A stretch of DNA of 57,941 nucleotides from Planctomycetota bacterium (GCA_016872895.1 VGYT01000001.1:1-57941); one strand, 5' to 3'; positions 25,664 through 35,490 are shown, counted from the first letter of the stretch. Made by a program: numbers and translations. Notes: generated by a model from the letters alone, not told the origin.

Positions 25664-28267
25664 ATGACCGTACGTGTTGCGGCATCTCAGTCGGTTGTGT
25701 TGCTCCTGGGGTCGGCCATGCTGCTTGTCGCGGCAGCACGGGCGACGGCCGCCGTATCGCTGCGCCCGCCGTCGGTGCCCCTGGTGGCGCATGACCCGTA
25801 CTTCAGCATCTGGTCGCCGGCGGACCGCCTTGCCGACGCCTCGACCACGCACTGGACGGGCAAGCCGCACCCGCTGCGAAGCCTGGTGCGCATCGACGGC
25901 AAGCCGTTTCGCCTCATGGGCACGGAACCGGCAGACGTTCCGCCCTTGCTCCAGGTCGCCCTCGACGTGCTGCCCACGCGCACGATCTATACTTTCGCGG
26001 GCGCGCAGGTGCGCCTGACGCTCTCCTTCATCACGCCCGCGCTGCCGGATGACCTGGACGCCCTGTCGCGCCCCCTGACGTACATCGAGTGGGAAGCCGC
26101 GGCGCAGGACGGCGGGACGCACGAGGTCCGGGTGTACTTCGACGCGGGCGCCGAACTGGCGGTGAACACGCCCGACCAGCCGGTATCCTGGGGCCGCGCC
26201 GAGGCGGCGGGCCTGCACGCGGTGCGCCTGGGGTCGCAGGCACAGCCGGTGCTCGAGCGCCAGGGCGACGACGTGCGGATTGACTGGGGCTACGCGTACC
26301 TTGCGGCAAAGCAGGACGGCGGCACGCGGGCGGCCATCGCCGACGGCGCGGCAGCGCGCCGGGCGTTCGCCGCAGGCGGCTCGCTTCCCGACAAAGACGT
26401 GCCTGCCGCGCGCGACGTGCCCGCCAGGTCCGCCCCCGTGCTGGCCTTGTGCCTGGACCTGGGCAAGGTCGGCCGCGAGCCGGTCCGGCGCTGGATCATG
26501 CTGGCGTACGACGACGAGTACTCCATCCGCTATTTCGAGGAGCGGTTGCGCGGCTACTGGCGTCGTGGGGGCATGGATGCGGCCGGCCTGCTTCAGAAGG
26601 CCGCGGCCGAGTTCCCCCAACTGGCCGACCGCTGTCGCAAGTTAGATGCCGACCTCATGGCCGACCTTGCGCAGGTGGGCGGCGAGCGATACGCCCGGAT
26701 TGCCGCGCTCGCCTACCGCCAGACCCTGGCCGGGTCGAAACTGGTGGCCGACTCCAGGGGCAAGCCGCTCTTCTTCCCGAAGGAGAACCACAGCAACGGC
26801 TGCATCGGGACGGTTGACGTTATTTACCCGATGTCGCCCTTCTGCCTGCTGCTGGCGCCGGCGCTGGCGAAGGCCGTGCTGGTGCCCGTGCTCGACTACG
26901 CCGCCTCGCCGCGCTGGAAGTTCCCCTTTGCGCCGCACGACCTTGGCCGGTATCCGTACGCCACGGGCCAGGTGTACGGCGGCGGCGAGCGCACCGAGGA
27001 CCGGCAGATGATGGTCGAGGAGTCGGCCAACATGATCCTCATGGCCGCAGCGCTGGCCCGCGCCGAAGGCTCGGCCTCTTTCGCGGAATCCTACTGGCCG
27101 CTTCTTACCAAGTGGGCCGAGTACCTGAAGGAGAAGGGCTACGACCCGGAGAATCAACTCTGCACCGACGACTTCGCCGGGCACCTGGCGCACAACGTGA
27201 ACCTCTCGGCCAAGGCCATCGTGGCCCTGGGCGCCTGCGCGCAACTGGCCGAGAAACTCGGCAAGGCTGCCGACGCCCGGGCGTACGGGAAACTTGCCCG
27301 CGAGTTCGCCGCCCGCTGGGTGAAGGAGGCGGACGACGGCGACCATTTCCGGCTGGCGTTCGACCTGCCGGGCACCTGGAGCCAGAAATACAACCTCGCC
27401 TGGGACCGCGTGCTGGGCCTGGGCCTGTTCCCGGCCGGGGCGCTGCGGAAGGAGATGGACTTCTACAAGCGCACGCAGCAGCGTTACGGCCTGCCCCTGG
27501 ACGGCCGCCAGGCTTACACGAAACTCGACTGGGTCCTGTGGACGGCCGCGATGACGGGCGACCGGGCCGACTTCGAGGCGCTCTCGGCGCCGGTCCTGGA
27601 CTTCCTCAACGAAACGCCCGACCGCTCGCCGATGACCGACTGGTACTTCACCGACACCGCCAAGAAGCGCGGCTTCACCGCGCGCCCCGTGGTCGGCGGC
27701 GTCTTCATGGCGATGCTGGGCGACGCCGCGATGTGGCAGAAATGGGCAAGACGGGGCGCGAACGTCTCCGGTCCGTGGGCGCCCGTCCCCATCCGCGCGG
27801 TGGCGGTGATTGTGCCGACCGGCGAGAACGAGGCGGCTGCGTGGCGGGTGCGATTCGAGGCCCCGAAGGCCGAAGACTGGATGAAGCCGGGCTTCGCCGC
27901 CGCCGGCTGGGACGAAAAGCCCGCCCCCTTCGGTTTCGGCCCGGCGCAGGCCGGCAGTCCCATCCGCACCCCGTGGGAAAGCCGCGAGGTCTGGCTGCGA
28001 CGCGAGTTCGAACTGAAGGACGTGAACTTCGCGAACCTGCGGCTGCGCATCTCGCACAGCGGCGATTGCGAGGTGTGGATGAACGGCATCCTGGCCGCCC
28101 AGCGGCCCGGCGGCACGCGCTCCTACGAGCACTTCGAGATCCGCCCGGAAGCGCTGAAGGGCCTGCGCCCCGGCAGGAACGTGATGGCCATTCACGCCCA
28201 GGCTACGGGCGCCGGCCCCAGGCGGCGAGACCAGGTGGACGCCGGCATCGTTGACCTGCGGCCGTGA
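25664..28267 (+). CDS. DUF4965/DUF1793 (glutaminase A-like) family protein with C-terminal galactose-binding-like domain
   Basis: ORF 25664..28267, GGAGGAG upstream. Signal peptide. PPSVPLVAHDPYFSIWSPADRL and SLVRIDGKPFRLMG are typical of this family. C-terminal WLRREFELKD...RISHSGDCEVWMNG is a jelly-roll-type segment. Confidence 0.8.
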   Translation: MTVRVAASQSVVLLLGSAMLLVAAARATAAVSLRPPSVPLVAHDPYFSIWSPADRLADASTTHWTGKPHPLRSLVRIDGKPFRLMGTEPADVPPLLQVALDVLPTRTIYTFAGAQVRLTLSFITPALPDDLDALSRPLTYIEWEAAAQDGGTHEVRVYFDAGAELAVNTPDQPVSWGRAEAAGLHAVRLGSQAQPVLERQGDDVRIDWGYAYLAAKQDGGTRAAIADGAAARRAFAAGGSLPDKDVPAARDVPARSAPVLALCLDLGKVGREPVRRWIMLAYDDEYSIRYFEERLRGYWRRGGMDAAGLLQKAAAEFPQLADRCRKLDADLMADLAQVGGERYARIAALAYRQTLAGSKLVADSRGKPLFFPKENHSNGCIGTVDVIYPMSPFCLLLAPALAKAVLVPVLDYAASPRWKFPFAPHDLGRYPYATGQVYGGGERTEDRQMMVEESANMILMAAALARAEGSASFAESYWPLLTKWAEYLKEKGYDPENQLCTDDFAGHLAHNVNLSAKAIVALGACAQLAEKLGKAADARAYGKLAREFAARWVKEADDGDHFRLAFDLPGTWSQKYNLAWDRVLGLGLFPAGALRKEMDFYKRTQQRYGLPLDGRQAYTKLDWVLWTAAMTGDRADFEALSAPVLDFLNETPDRSPMTDWYFTDTAKKRGFTARPVVGGVFMAMLGDAAMWQKWARRGANVSGPWAPVPIRAVAVIVPTGENEAAAWRVRFEAPKAEDWMKPGFAAAGWDEKPAPFGFGPAQAGSPIRTPWESREVWLRREFELKDVNFANLRLRISHSGDCEVWMNGILAAQRPGGTRSYEHFEIRPEALKGLRPGRNVMAIHAQATGAGPRRRDQVDAGIVDLRP

Positions 28268-28298
28268 CGCCGCGCACTCGCGTACGTGAAACGAGGGA

Positions 28299-28416
28299 TG
28301 CCGTGCTTCCGCTCGCGAAAGCATGGCACACATCGGAACAACTTCTGCGCGGTCGGTCTCCTGACCGACCGCGCGGGAATGTGGCTTGCTCGCGGCGGGT
28401 CAGGAGACCCGCCGCG
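28299..28416. repeat. Array of three REP-like hairpins between convergent genes
   Basis: TGCCGTGCTTCCGC..GCGAAAGCATGGCA (28299-28328). GCGCGGTCGGTC-TCCT-GACCGACCGCGC (28347-28374). CGCGGCGGGTC-AGGA-GACCCGCCGCG (28391-28416). Confidence 0.85.
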
Positions 28417-28472
28417 CAGCGTGCCGTGCCCAACCGTGGACTGCTGACCTGCGACCACAGGGCACTGGTTCT

Positions 28473-30542
28473 TCACAGCGAGTCCAGGCCGACCTCGCGC
28501 AGGCGCCGATACAGTGGGCACCGCTCCAGAAGTTCATCGTGCGTGCCGGCGTCGATGATGCGGCCGGCGTCCATGACCACGATGCGGTCGGCGATGGCCA
28601 GCGTAGAGAGGCGGTGCGCGATGAGGATGGTCGTGCGGCCCTTGCAGAATGCGGTCAGCGTGTCCTGGACCATGGCCTGCGTCTCTTCGTCCAGGTTGCT
28701 GGTGGCCTCGTCGAGGATGAGGATGGCGGGGTCGCGGATAATGGCGCGGGCCAGGGCCAGCCGCTGGCGTTCGCCGCCCGAGAGCGTGGCCCCGTGCTCG
28801 CCGATGACCGTGTCGTAGCCCTCCGGCAGGTTGCGGATGAAGGCGTCGGCGTGGGCGGCGCGTGCGGCCGCCTCGATTTCTTCGCGCGACGGCGCCTCGC
28901 CGCGGCCGGACAAGCCGGCCGTGCCACATGTCTGCTGCGCACCCAGCGCAATGTTCTGCGCAATAGTGTCGGCAAAGGGAACGGTCTCCTGCGGCACGAT
29001 GGCGATCTGGTCGCGCAGGCTCCGCAGCGTCACGTCCTGGATGTTGATGCCGTCGACCAGGATCGTGCCGCGCGTGGGCGTGAAGAACCGCGGGATGAGG
29101 CTGACCAGGGTGGTTTTTCCGCAGCCCGTGCGGCCGATGACGGCCGCGACCTCGCCGTGGCGGACCGTGAGGGTGACGTCCTTGAGGACCGCCTCCCCGC
29201 CCGGATACGCGAACCACACGCCGCGGAACTCGATGGCCTGGCGCAGTCGCGGCAGAACGAGACCGTGGGCGCCGTAGCGCGGCTCGGGGTCGGCGGCCAG
29301 CAGGGCGAAGATGCGGTCGGCGCCGGCGGCGGCCTGCTGGAGCCGGTTCGAGACGTTCGAGAGTTTGCGGGCCGGGTCAAGCGCCCCGGCCAGCAGGCCG
29401 AAGAAGAGCATCAGGTCGGAGAGGCTCCCCTGCGACAGGCCGATGTCGATGATGCGCTTGCCGCCCACCACGATCGCCCCGGCCACGGCGATCGTAAAGA
29501 GCGTCTCGACGGCCGGCTCGGTCACGGCGTCGATGCGTATCGCCCGCAGGAGTTGCTTGAGGAGCCGGCGGCTGGCGTGGAAGAACTTCCGCCGCTCGTG
29601 AGCCTCCAGCCGGTAGCCCTTCACGATGCGGATGCCGTAGAGGCTCTCTTCAAGGATGCCCACCAGTTGGGCCCAACTTTCGAGGGCCTTGCGGCTGGAG
29701 CGGCGCATCAGCATCGCCAACTGCCGCACCATGTACCCTACAAGCGGCACCATGCCCAGGATGATGACGGGCAGCCACGGGTCGATCGACACGCCCACCA
29801 GGACGGCCAGCACGATGCACACCACGGCCCGCACCGGCTCGCTGAAGACCTTGCCCATGAGCGTCTTCATGCCTTCCTGGACCATGAAGCAGTCGTTCTG
29901 GAAGCGGCTCATGATGTCGCTGGGTCCGACGCGGGCGAACAGTTCCAGGGGCGACCGCAGGACGTGTTCGTACACCCGCAGCCTAAGGGCCAGCATGGCG
30001 CGGTTAGAAGCGTGGCCCACCAGGTACTCGTTGGCGTAGCGCAGGCCGCCGCGGATGATGGTCATGGCCACCACGCCCGCCATGATCCACAGCAGGCAGT
30101 GGTAGCGGTCCGTAGGCAGGTTGTCGGCCAGGCGGCGCAGCAGCGGGGCATAGAACTTCACCGAGTCCTCCGCCTGCCGCGCCAGCACCCCCAGGCCCTC
30201 CTCGGTGGTGGTGACGCGGACCTTGTTCGCCTCGGCCCACTGCCGGTTCAGCAGGACGCTGCCGCCGCGAAGTTCAAACGTCTCCACGGCGTCGGAGGGC
30301 ACGATCGTCCAGTGGCGGCTGACCTCAAGGACCCATTCCCGGCGGTCCGGGTCGCCGGCCGCAGGGCGCGACGTGAAGTGCAGGCCCTTGGACGGCTCCT
30401 GAAACAAGAGGCCGAAGAGCGGCCCGACCGCGCTGATGGACCCTACGTACAGGGCCGTCGCCAGGGCCGCGCACAGCCACCCCAGCATGATCCGGCCCCG
30501 GTAGGGCCAGCAGTAGCGCAGGGCTTTCCAGAATGCCTTCAT
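28473..30542 (-). CDS. ABC transporter, fused permease/ATP-binding (MsbA-like exporter)
   Basis: ORF 28473..30542(-). Six-TM region followed by GRTGCGKTT (Walker A), VPQE, LSGGERQR, ILILDEATS and IAHRL. Long periplasmic loop after TM1. Carries a repeat-derived in-frame insert (see 28901-28930). Confidence 0.9.
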   Translation of the reverse strand: MKAFWKALRYCWPYRGRIMLGWLCAALATALYVGSISAVGPLFGLLFQEPSKGLHFTSRPAAGDPDRREWVLEVSRHWTIVPSDAVETFELRGGSVLLNRQWAEANKVRVTTTEEGLGVLARQAEDSVKFYAPLLRRLADNLPTDRYHCLLWIMAGVVAMTIIRGGLRYANEYLVGHASNRAMLALRLRVYEHVLRSPLELFARVGPSDIMSRFQNDCFMVQEGMKTLMGKVFSEPVRAVVCIVLAVLVGVSIDPWLPVIILGMVPLVGYMVRQLAMLMRRSSRKALESWAQLVGILEESLYGIRIVKGYRLEAHERRKFFHASRRLLKQLLRAIRIDAVTEPAVETLFTIAVAGAIVVGGKRIIDIGLSQGSLSDLMLFFGLLAGALDPARKLSNVSNRLQQAAAGADRIFALLAADPEPRYGAHGLVLPRLRQAIEFRGVWFAYPGGEAVLKDVTLTVRHGEVAAVIGRTGCGKTTLVSLIPRFFTPTRGTILVDGINIQDVTLRSLRDQIAIVPQETVPFADTIAQNIALGAQQTCGTAGLSGRGEAPSREEIEAAARAAHADAFIRNLPEGYDTVIGEHGATLSGGERQRLALARAIIRDPAILILDEATSNLDEETQAMVQDTLTAFCKGRTTILIAHRLSTLAIADRIVVMDAGRIIDAGTHDELLERCPLYRRLREVGLDSL
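28901..28930. repeat. GGCACGGCCGGCTTGTCCGGCCG-family palindrome inside the ABC transporter CDS
   Basis: CGCGGCCGGACAAGCCGGCCGTGCCACATG. On the coding (minus) strand it translates as ...QQTCGTAGLSGRGEA... Confidence 0.85.
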
Positions 30543-30639
30543 GATGGGTTCCGGGCGCCGGCCCCATAAAGATATGCCCGCCGGCGAGGGCGGGCACGGA
30601 AAATCCGCAAGTGGGCGGACGTGCGGCCGGTCAGGCCCT

Positions 30640-31056
30640 TCACGTGGCCTCGGCTGCGGTGGCCCCGGCGCCTTCGGGGGCGCCGGCGGCGCCTGCCTCG
30701 CCCAGTTCCCGCCGCTCTTCGACCAGGCGTGTGGCCTTGCCGACGCGCTTCCGCAGGTACGTCAGTTTCGCCCGACGCACCCTGCCCGAGCGGACCACGC
30801 GGATGAACGACACGGCGGGGCAGTGAAGCGGCCAGGTGCGCTCCACGCCCTCGCCGGCCACGATCCGCCGCACGGAGAACGTCTCGGGCGCGCCGTGGCC
30901 GCGGCGGGCGATCACCACGCCCGTGAAGACCTGGACGCGCTCTTTGTCGCCTTCCATGATCCGCACGCCCACGTCAACCGTGTCGCCGATGTGAAAATCG
31001 GGCCGGTCCTTCACCAGGTAGGCGGCCTCGATGCGCTGGATGCCTGCTCGCTTCAT
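30640..31056 (-). CDS. rplS: 50S ribosomal protein L19
   Basis: ORF 30640..31137(-) trimmed to ATG 31056. [53 protein letters not shown]. Ala/Gly/Glu-rich C-terminal extension. Confidence 0.92.
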   Translation of the reverse strand: MKRAGIQRIEAAYLVKDRPDFHIGDTVDVGVRIMEGDKERVQVFTGVVIARRGHGAPETFSVRRIVAGEGVERTWPLHCPAVSFIRVVRSGRVRRAKLTYLRKRVGKATRLVEERRELGEAGAAGAPEGAGATAAEAT

Positions 31057-31146
31057 GGTCCTGCCCTTCCGCAATCGAGTTTCTTGATTCGGCTTTCGCC
31101 CGCGCGGGCGGCGCATAACCCGCCGCCTCCGCGGCAATCTCGGCCC

Positions 31147-31848
31147 TTACTTCTCGTCGGGCGCCTCGCCCGCGAGGTCGGCCCGGCGGCGGCGCGTCCG
31201 CTCAAGCGCCTGCTCCGCCCGCCACCGCGCAATCTGGGCGTGGTTGCCCGACAGGAGCACCTCCGGCACGGCCATGCCGCGGAATTCGCGCGGCCGCGTG
31301 TACTGCGGGTACTCCAGGAGGCCCGCCAGGTTAAAACTCTCCTCGCTCGCGGCGTCCTCCGCCCCCAGCACGCCGGGCAGCAGCCGCACCACCGCGTCGA
31401 TGACGGCCATCGCCGCCGGTTCGCCGCCCGTCAGCACGTAGTCGCCGATCGAGAGTTCCAGGTCCGCAAGCGTCCGGATGCGCTCGTCGAACCCCTCGTA
31501 GTGGCCGCACACCAGCATCAGGCGCTGGCGCCCCGCCAGGTCCCGCACGCGGGCTTGCGTAAGGCGTTCACCCTGCGGCGTCAGGAGGACCACCAGCGCC
31601 CGCCGCGGGTCCAGCCCCTGCACGTGCTCGACGGCCCGGAAGGCCGGCTCGCACATCAGGACCATGCCCGGCCCGCCGCCGAAGGGCTTATCATCCACCG
31701 TGCCGCGGGCGTCGAGGGCGAAGTCTCGCAGGTTCGCCAGGACCACCTCGACCCGGCCTTCGCGCAGCGCCCGGCCCAGGATGCTCGATTCCAGCACGCC
31801 GCGGAAGGCCTCCGGGAAGAGCGTGATGACGTCGATCCGCAGCGGCAT
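31147..31848 (-). CDS. trmD: tRNA (guanine37-N1)-methyltransferase
   Basis: ORF 31147..32004(-) trimmed to ATG 31848. [27 protein letters not shown]; [12 protein letters not shown]; [11 protein letters not shown]. Confidence 0.9.
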   Translation of the reverse strand: MPLRIDVITLFPEAFRGVLESSILGRALREGRVEVVLANLRDFALDARGTVDDKPFGGGPGMVLMCEPAFRAVEHVQGLDPRRALVVLLTPQGERLTQARVRDLAGRQRLMLVCGHYEGFDERIRTLADLELSIGDYVLTGGEPAAMAVIDAVVRLLPGVLGAEDAASEESFNLAGLLEYPQYTRPREFRGMAVPEVLLSGNHAQIARWRAEQALERTRRRRADLAGEAPDEK

Positions 31849-32017
31849 GTCACGGCCCTCGGCCACCTGCCAAGCCATCAGCCGCGAGCCTCGCCGTTGT
31901 TCAGCCGTCGCCGGTACGGGCCTTCGCCCCGCCGCAGGGGCTTCGGCCCGCAGGCGGGCGACGTAGCGAGGCACCCGCGGCCGTACCGGGACGCGGCTAA
32001 ACACGGCAAAGGCCGGG

Positions 32018-32401
32018 TCAGCCTTCTGCCGGCTTCTCCTCGCTCTTGGGCGCCTCGGCGGCCGCCTCTTCGGCCTTTTTCCTGGCGGCCAGGCGCTCGG
32101 CCGCAGGTTTCGGCGGCGCCTTCTTCGCCCACGGCCGCGGCGGCATCTCGTTGCCCTTCGCGTCCAGCCCCAGGTGCGCCAGCAACTGCGTTACGGTGTC
32201 CGACGGCTGCGCGCCCTGCTTCAGCCAGTGAACCACGCGGTCGCGATGGATTTTCACCTTGTCCTGGTCCGGCAGGAGCGGGTCGTAGTGTCCGAGTTCC
32301 TCGAGGATTGTGCCGTCGCGCGCCGCGCGCCTGTCGGCCGCGCAGATGCGCCAGAACGGCCGGTTCGTCCGGCCAAGTCGTTTCATGCGGATGCGTACCA
32401 C
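32018..32401 (-). CDS. rpsP: 30S ribosomal protein S16
   Basis: ORF 32018..32401(-), GTG start with GAAGGAG upstream. [30 protein letters not shown]. Lys/Ala/Glu-rich C-terminal tail. Confidence 0.92.
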   Translation of the reverse strand: MVRIRMKRLGRTNRPFWRICAADRRAARDGTILEELGHYDPLLPDQDKVKIHRDRVVHWLKQGAQPSDTVTQLLAHLGLDAKGNEMPPRPWAKKAPPKPAAERLAARKKAEEAAAEAPKSEEKPAEG

Positions 32402-32468
32402 TGCTCTGGCTCCTTCGCGGCCCCCTCATGGGGCCCGGCCTCGCCTCTTTCGCGGTCGGGAAACGCAC

Positions 32469-32497
32469 ATCTTAGCCCCGGCCATGCGTTCTAGCAA
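32469..32497 (-). promoter_or_regulatory. Candidate sigma70-like promoter for rpsP-trmD-rplS
   Basis: The minus strand reads TTGCTA, a 17-nt spacer, then TAAGAT, preceded by an A/T-rich run (GGATTTTTTCA). The -10 ends about 67 nt upstream of the rpsP GTG. Confidence 0.45.
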
Positions 32498-32609
32498 TGA
32501 AAAAATCCGCCTTCGTCGCTTCGTCCTTGAAAACCGGCGGGCGGCCAACTACGATGCCGGGATGCGCCCGGGGGCCGCGGCGTCGGCGTTGCCCCGGGCA
32601 TCAACTCCT

Positions 32610-34382
32610 ATGGATGAAATCCATATGATTGAGCGCGGCGGGCGGCGGTGGCTGGTGTCTGCGGCCGCCGACCCGCTCATGGCGGCCGACTGGCCGCTCG
32701 CGCACTTGGACGGTCTGCCCCTCGTCAAGCAGGGCCGCGCGCGCGCTGTCCGGCGCCTCGAGGCAGGCGGCAGCGGCTTCTTCGTCAAGGCCTACGCCGA
32801 AGCGGGCCTCCTGCGGCGGTTGCGGGCCCGCCTTGGCCTCGGCCCGGCCCGCCGCGAGTGGCTCGCCCTCCTGGCTGCGCGCGGGGCCGGCCTGGCTGTG
32901 CCTGAGCCGGCGGCCCTGGCGTGCGGCCCGCCGGAGGTCCTGGTCACGCGCGAGATCCCCGCCGCCAGGCGGCTCGACGAGTACCTGTTCGAGCGATACT
33001 TCGAGCCGCTTCCGTGCGAGCCGCCGTACCCCGGCTCGCGGCCGCCGGAACTCGTGTCGGTTTACCGCCTCCGGCGCGACCCGCCCGCGGGCACGATCAC
33101 CCCCGCCGCGCTGGCCTATGCGCTGGCCGACCTCGTGGCCCGGCTTCAGGATGCCGACCTGTACCTGCCGGACCTGCATCCGGGCAACATCCTGGTCTCG
33201 GGCGGGCCGGACGGCTGGCGTCTGAGCCTGGTGGACCTGGCCGAGGCCGAGCGGCCGGCCCCGTCGGAGGGCCTCATCGAGCACCTCGCCCAACTGGAGC
33301 ACTTCTTCGAGCCCATCGCCTCGCCGGCCGAGCGCGTGCGGTGCCTGGAGCGCCTGCGCGAGATAGTCGGCAACGTGCCGGAGGCGCGCCTGGTGGCCCG
33401 CGCGACGGCCCAGTACCGCCGCGAGTTCTACCGCCGCCGCGACCGCCGCACAAGGCGCGGATCGAAGTATTTTCGCCGCATCCGCGTCGCCGCCGGGCCG
33501 CCCCCCCGGGGCCCCGCCGGCGCGGACGGCCGCATCGCGGCGGGCGCCTGGCGCGGCTGGGCGGCGGCCGACTGGGCCGACGCCGTCGCAGCGATCCTCG
33601 CCCGGGGCCGGCCCTCGCCCGACGCCCCGGGCGCGACGCGCCTGAAGCCCCCCGGCCGCACAACCGAAATCTGGCAGGCAGCGCTTCCCGACGGCCGCGC
33701 GGTCGTGCTCAAGCGCGACAAGCGCGCCGGCCGCCGCACGCCGGGCCACGGCCTGCTCGCGCCCACGCGGGCCACGGCCGCCTTCCGCAAGGGGCACGCG
33801 CTCCTTGTGCGCGGCGTTGCGACCGCGCGGCCGGTGGCGGCCGTCATGCTATGGAACCGGGGCGCGATTGCCGACTCGCTCTTTCTGGCCGAGCCGGTGG
33901 CCGGCGTGCCGCTTTCCGAGTGGCTGCGGCGCGGGCCGGAGGCGGCCCTGCGGCGGCGCATGGCAAGGGACCTGGCGCACCTGCTCCGCCGCCTGCACGA
34001 CGCAGGCTTCTCGCACAGGGACCTGAAGGCCCCGAACATCCTTGTCTCGACCCCCGCCGGGCCGGCCGCACGCCCCGTGCTCGTGGACCTCGACGGCCTG
34101 CGCTACTCGGGCGGCGTGTCGGCCCGGCGGCGGGCACGCGACATCATGCGCCTCGGCGTGAGCCTGGATGAGTGGGGCGCCTCGCGGCGGACGGACAGGC
34201 TGCGGTTCCTGCGCGCCTACCTGGGGGGGCGCGGATGCATGGGGGCGATCACGACTCGCGGCAGGCGGCGGGGCGGCACGCGCCCCGGCCGGCGCCTGCG
34301 CCGATGGTGGCGGCGAATAGCGCGCTTAAGCGCCCGCAAGCGGGCGGCGCTTCAGCGCAAGGCGGGCGTATGCAAGATATAG
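32610..34382 (+). CDS. Tandem lipopolysaccharide kinase (Kdo/WaaP) family domains
   Basis: ORF 32310..34382; start chosen at ATG 32610 (alternatives 32562 and 32625). First domain has DLYLPDLHPGNILVS; second has GFSHRDLKAPNILVS...LVDLDG. Confidence 0.75.
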   Translation: MDEIHMIERGGRRWLVSAAADPLMAADWPLAHLDGLPLVKQGRARAVRRLEAGGSGFFVKAYAEAGLLRRLRARLGLGPARREWLALLAARGAGLAVPEPAALACGPPEVLVTREIPAARRLDEYLFERYFEPLPCEPPYPGSRPPELVSVYRLRRDPPAGTITPAALAYALADLVARLQDADLYLPDLHPGNILVSGGPDGWRLSLVDLAEAERPAPSEGLIEHLAQLEHFFEPIASPAERVRCLERLREIVGNVPEARLVARATAQYRREFYRRRDRRTRRGSKYFRRIRVAAGPPPRGPAGADGRIAAGAWRGWAAADWADAVAAILARGRPSPDAPGATRLKPPGRTTEIWQAALPDGRAVVLKRDKRAGRRTPGHGLLAPTRATAAFRKGHALLVRGVATARPVAAVMLWNRGAIADSLFLAEPVAGVPLSEWLRRGPEAALRRRMARDLAHLLRRLHDAGFSHRDLKAPNILVSTPAGPAARPVLVDLDGLRYSGGVSARRRARDIMRLGVSLDEWGASRRTDRLRFLRAYLGGRGCMGAITTRGRRRGGTRPGRRLRRWWRRIARLSARKRAALQRKAGVCKI

Positions 34383-35479
34383 ATTTTACAAGAACCCTGA
34401 TTATCAAGCCGTCGTCGCTGGGCGACGTCGTCCAGGCGCTGCCCGTGCTGACGGCCCTGCGCGAGGCGCACCCGCAGGCCCGCGTGGCGTGGCTGGCGGC
34501 GGCGCCGCTGGCCGACCTCCTGCTGGGCCACCCCCGGCTGGACGAGGTCATCCTGTTCGACCGCCGCCGCTTCGGCCACGTCGGCCGCAGCCTCACCGTT
34601 ACGGCCGACTTCATGGCGTTCATCCAGGACGTGCGGCAGCGGCGATTCACGGCGGTGCTGGACCTCCAGGGTCTGTTCCGCAGCGGGTTCCTGGCGGCCG
34701 CCACGGGGGCGCCGGCGCGCGTCGGCTTCGCCTCGGCGCGGGAACTGGCGACCGTCTTCTACACGCTCGCCGTCCCTCTGCCGCACGATGAGATGCACGC
34801 CGTGGACCGGTACCTGGCGCTTGCGCGGCATATCGGGCTGGCTGAGCCGCGTGCGCGGGACCACCTGCCGGTGGCGGGCGAGTCGCGGGCGGCCGTGCGT
34901 GCGCGCCTGGCGGGCGAAGGCATCGCGCCGCAGGAGCCGCTCGTGGTGGTCGCGGCCCACGCCCGCTGGGCAACCAAGCAGTGGCCGCCCGAACGGTTCG
35001 CCGAGGTGCTGCTGCGCCTGCACGGCGAGACGGGCGCGCGCGGCGTGCTGGTGGGCGGCGGCGCCGCCGCCCCCGTCGGCCGCCAGGTGGCCGAGCGGGC
35101 GGCCTGCGCGCGGCCTATTGACCTGTCGGACCGGACCACGTTAAAAGAGATGGTGGCCCTGGTGGCCGAGGCCCGCGCCGTGGTCACCAACGATTCCGGG
35201 CCGATGCACGTCGCAGCGGCGGTCGGCACGCCCGTCGCGGCCATCTTCGGGCCGACCCATCCCGGCCGCACGGGGCCCTACGGGCCGGGCCATCGCGTGC
35301 TGACGGGGCAGGCGGCGTGCCGGCCCTGTTTCCGGCGCGAGTGTCCGTACGGGGGCGCGGAGGGCGCCCTGGAGTGCCTGCTTACGGTCAAGGCCGACGA
35401 GGTCGCCCGGCACCTGCTGGAGATCTGGCGCGAGTCGCCGATGCTCAACAGCCGCCATGGCGACGGCGAGCGGAAGTAG
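34370..35479 (+). CDS. Glycosyltransferase family 9 (heptosyltransferase-like)
   Basis: ORF 34172..35479 trimmed to ATG 34370. ILIIKPSSLGDVVQALPVLTALREAHP start; VTNDSGPMHVAAAVGTPVAAIFGPT C-terminal motif. Confidence 0.85.
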   Translation: MQDIDFTRTLIIKPSSLGDVVQALPVLTALREAHPQARVAWLAAAPLADLLLGHPRLDEVILFDRRRFGHVGRSLTVTADFMAFIQDVRQRRFTAVLDLQGLFRSGFLAAATGAPARVGFASARELATVFYTLAVPLPHDEMHAVDRYLALARHIGLAEPRARDHLPVAGESRAAVRARLAGEGIAPQEPLVVVAAHARWATKQWPPERFAEVLLRLHGETGARGVLVGGGAAAPVGRQVAERAACARPIDLSDRTTLKEMVALVAEARAVVTNDSGPMHVAAAVGTPVAAIFGPTHPGRTGPYGPGHRVLTGQAACRPCFRRECPYGGAEGALECLLTVKADEVARHLLEIWRESPMLNSRHGDGERK

Positions 35480-35490
35480 AGGAGTCCGGT

